This document shows, piece after piece, positions 62,101 through 64,000 of a DNA stretch of 64,000 nucleotides (its first letter is position 1; each line of letters opens with the position of its first letter). Source of the DNA: Antedon mediterranea. Taxonomy: Eukaryota; Animalia; Echinodermata. The stretch spans positions 8,060,001-8,124,000 of the forward strand of contig NC_092674.1 of assembly GCF_964355755.1 (NCBI RefSeq), written 5' to 3'. Below the pieces are notes generated by a model that was not told the DNA's origin, did not search any database, and worked only from the letters and a program-made list of their open reading frames with translations. The position numbers and the translations under genes were made by a program.

Positions 62101-63206
62101 ATTTTTTCCTTCAGTTACTAATTATACACTGTAATATGTGTGATATAGGCTTATTTGGTCATTCTTCATAATAAAAAAAACACGTTCATTAAACAAACCT
62201 ATTAAAAAACTTGCTGTGTTTAATATAATTAATAGTACAAGTAATGTTATTGTTGTACATTAATACATTAGGATAGCTATGGAGTATGATAAATATAATA
62301 CAGATATTACAAAAGGTATCTTCGGCTAGTTTAAAGACCATTGACAATTTACCGGATATGACAACTGGAAGCAATAGGAAATACAGGAAAACGTAGGCCA
62401 TATAAACCTCAATTGGTTATATAGTGATCAAGGTCCCTGTCCCAGGAAACTGGTGTGGTTAAGATACAAACAAAATATTTGTTAAGCCTAGATGAAATAT
62501 GACTAAATGTGGCCATTAAATATATGAGCAACTTGTTATTAATATTTTTATTTTAGTATTTTGTTTGGCTAGAATATTGAGGATTCTTCCTGCAACTTAA
62601 TAAGTACTATAGGCTGACAAATAAATTAAAAATCCGATTAAGACCCAATTGTGACATAAGAAAGAAGGCCCGAGAATCACTATACAAACTGTCTAAAAAC
62701 AGAACACAAAATGTGCTGTTCAACAGCACTAGTATCAGTAATGCTAATTTAGGATGAAATAGAGTAACAAATTCTGGGTTAGTGCTAAAGGCAAACTCAG
62801 CCAGCATCTTATGACGAGTCAAGAAGCTTCGTCAGGCCTCGTCGTACGATGCTGGCTGAGTTTAATCCGGACGATGCAAGTTAGATAGCGTCGGGTGTAG
62901 TTTTTAGATCGTCTGGAGAACTTTAAACATGTTTAATTTTCTCCAGACGAGACGATTTGTCGGGCCTCATCATATGTCATACAATAATCAAACAGCATTT
63001 GTTTAGGCTTAATGTTGACAACTTGGCCTGTACACCTTTCAGTTCTAATGCCCCTCTATCCATTATTTTACAAATAACATAACTCATGCTCGTTTTAGCA
63101 TACCTTCAGGCTTGTACTGGGCTAGAATGGTGACCGTTTGTCCTGCACCTTTTAGCGCCAATGCAGCATCTTCATGCGTTGCTCTCGATAAATCTTTTCC
63201 ATTCAC
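54778..63206 (-). CDS. DLG1: Discs large 1 MAGUK, 3' portion (end of PDZ3, SH3, HOOK, GK); 5' part lies beyond the window
   Basis: Exons (-): 63104-63206 ([17 protein letters not shown]), 61687-61795 ([16 protein letters not shown]), 61125-61301 (SH3, DDEWWQA), 59927-60008, 59665-59755, 58483-58500 (microexon), 57158-57196 (TSNASDSES), 56798-56839, 56492-56593, 55952-56124 ([14 protein letters not shown]), 55286-55487, 54778-54884 (IWVPAKEKL-stop). Confidence 0.94.
59147..59196. repeat. (AAT)n microsatellite
   Basis: Direct reading. Confidence 0.95.
62780..62960. mobile_element. Palindromic MITE-like fragment
   Basis: aaactcagccagcatc/gatgctggctgagttt and tcgtctggagaa..aaacatgttt..ttctccagacga inverted repeats. 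Confidence 0.55.
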
Positions 63207-64000
63207 CTGTAAAACATAATTAGTTGACAAATTTAGATTTCAGGAATAAAAAGAAACCAAAAACAACAAAATCATTTTATCAACAAAACAGCAAGTCAAT
63301 TTTTGAACAGCCAAAAAAAATATATAAATAAATAAAGTATGAACCACAACTATATATTTTATAGCCCTATATAAATATCATTTTCATTGTGCAATTGGGA
63401 ATGGATCATTTTAGAGCCGTTTACCACCTGTTGGTCCTATCCTTAATAATGTGAATGTTATCTATTTTTTCTGTATGCATTTTAGTGAGAAGTTGAATAA
63501 ATATATTGACAGTTATACAGTACATAGTGCACTGTTGTAAAACCAAGGCCATGACAGTACTTGAGTTGCAACAACCAAATTCCAGTCACTTGTTAGACTG
63601 TAAACACTGGTTGTAGGATCACTTCCTAAAGGCCTTGGTATAAAGTGTAAACTATTATCTTTAGACATGAGAATATTGACATTGGGATCACATCCCGTTA
63701 CTGAACTGTAGTGTAAAATGGTTTCAGTTTTTTTATGGAACTGTAGCTTGGCTGCTACCAGGCTTGCCTATCAATTCCTGGGTCTCTGGTTCTGGTCAAA
63801 GGACTTTTCTCAAAAGCACCTACAGTACTTAAGGTTTCATACAAGAATATACAGACATTTAAATAAAGAATTATATTTAAAACTACTAGTACTACAACTA
63901 ACTACTACTATAAACGAAACACAATACAACAAAATTATACTGTTTGTATGTTGGGGATATAGGCATTATACCATAAGTTCATTACTGTACCCCTTACTAC

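Overview
AT-rich, intron-rich animal genomic DNA. The repeat families and gene content suggest an invertebrate deuterostome such as an echinoderm (inference). Genes from left to right: (1) a tandem pair of Tie-like Ig-Ig-EGFx4-FN3 receptor genes on the + strand. Copy A (849-4385) is ectodomain-only because about 8.9 kb (FN3x2, TM, PTP domains) has been deleted. Copy B (8229-20295) is a complete ~1400-aa receptor tyrosine phosphatase (D1+D2), but its signal-peptide exon has lost its GT donor. A 5'-truncated L1/Tx1-like element and a Penelope-like element with a minimal hammerhead ribozyme lie between the copies. (2) calpain-5 (-). (3) BCS1L (+), head-to-head with calpain-5. (4) PIGZ/SMP3 (-). 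(5) An orphan single-pass membrane protein with 33-aa repeats (+), head-to-head with PIGZ. (6) The 3' half of discs large/DLG1 (-). Many MITEs, SINEs and micro/minisatellites are present. The most unusual system is the paired Tie-ectodomain/PTP locus, which has hypervariable first-Ig segments, all-phase-1 ectodomain exons, complementary defects in the two copies, and an ITAM/ITSM-like juxtamembrane tail. Exon coordinates were derived by hand and may be off by a few nt. No database searches were run.
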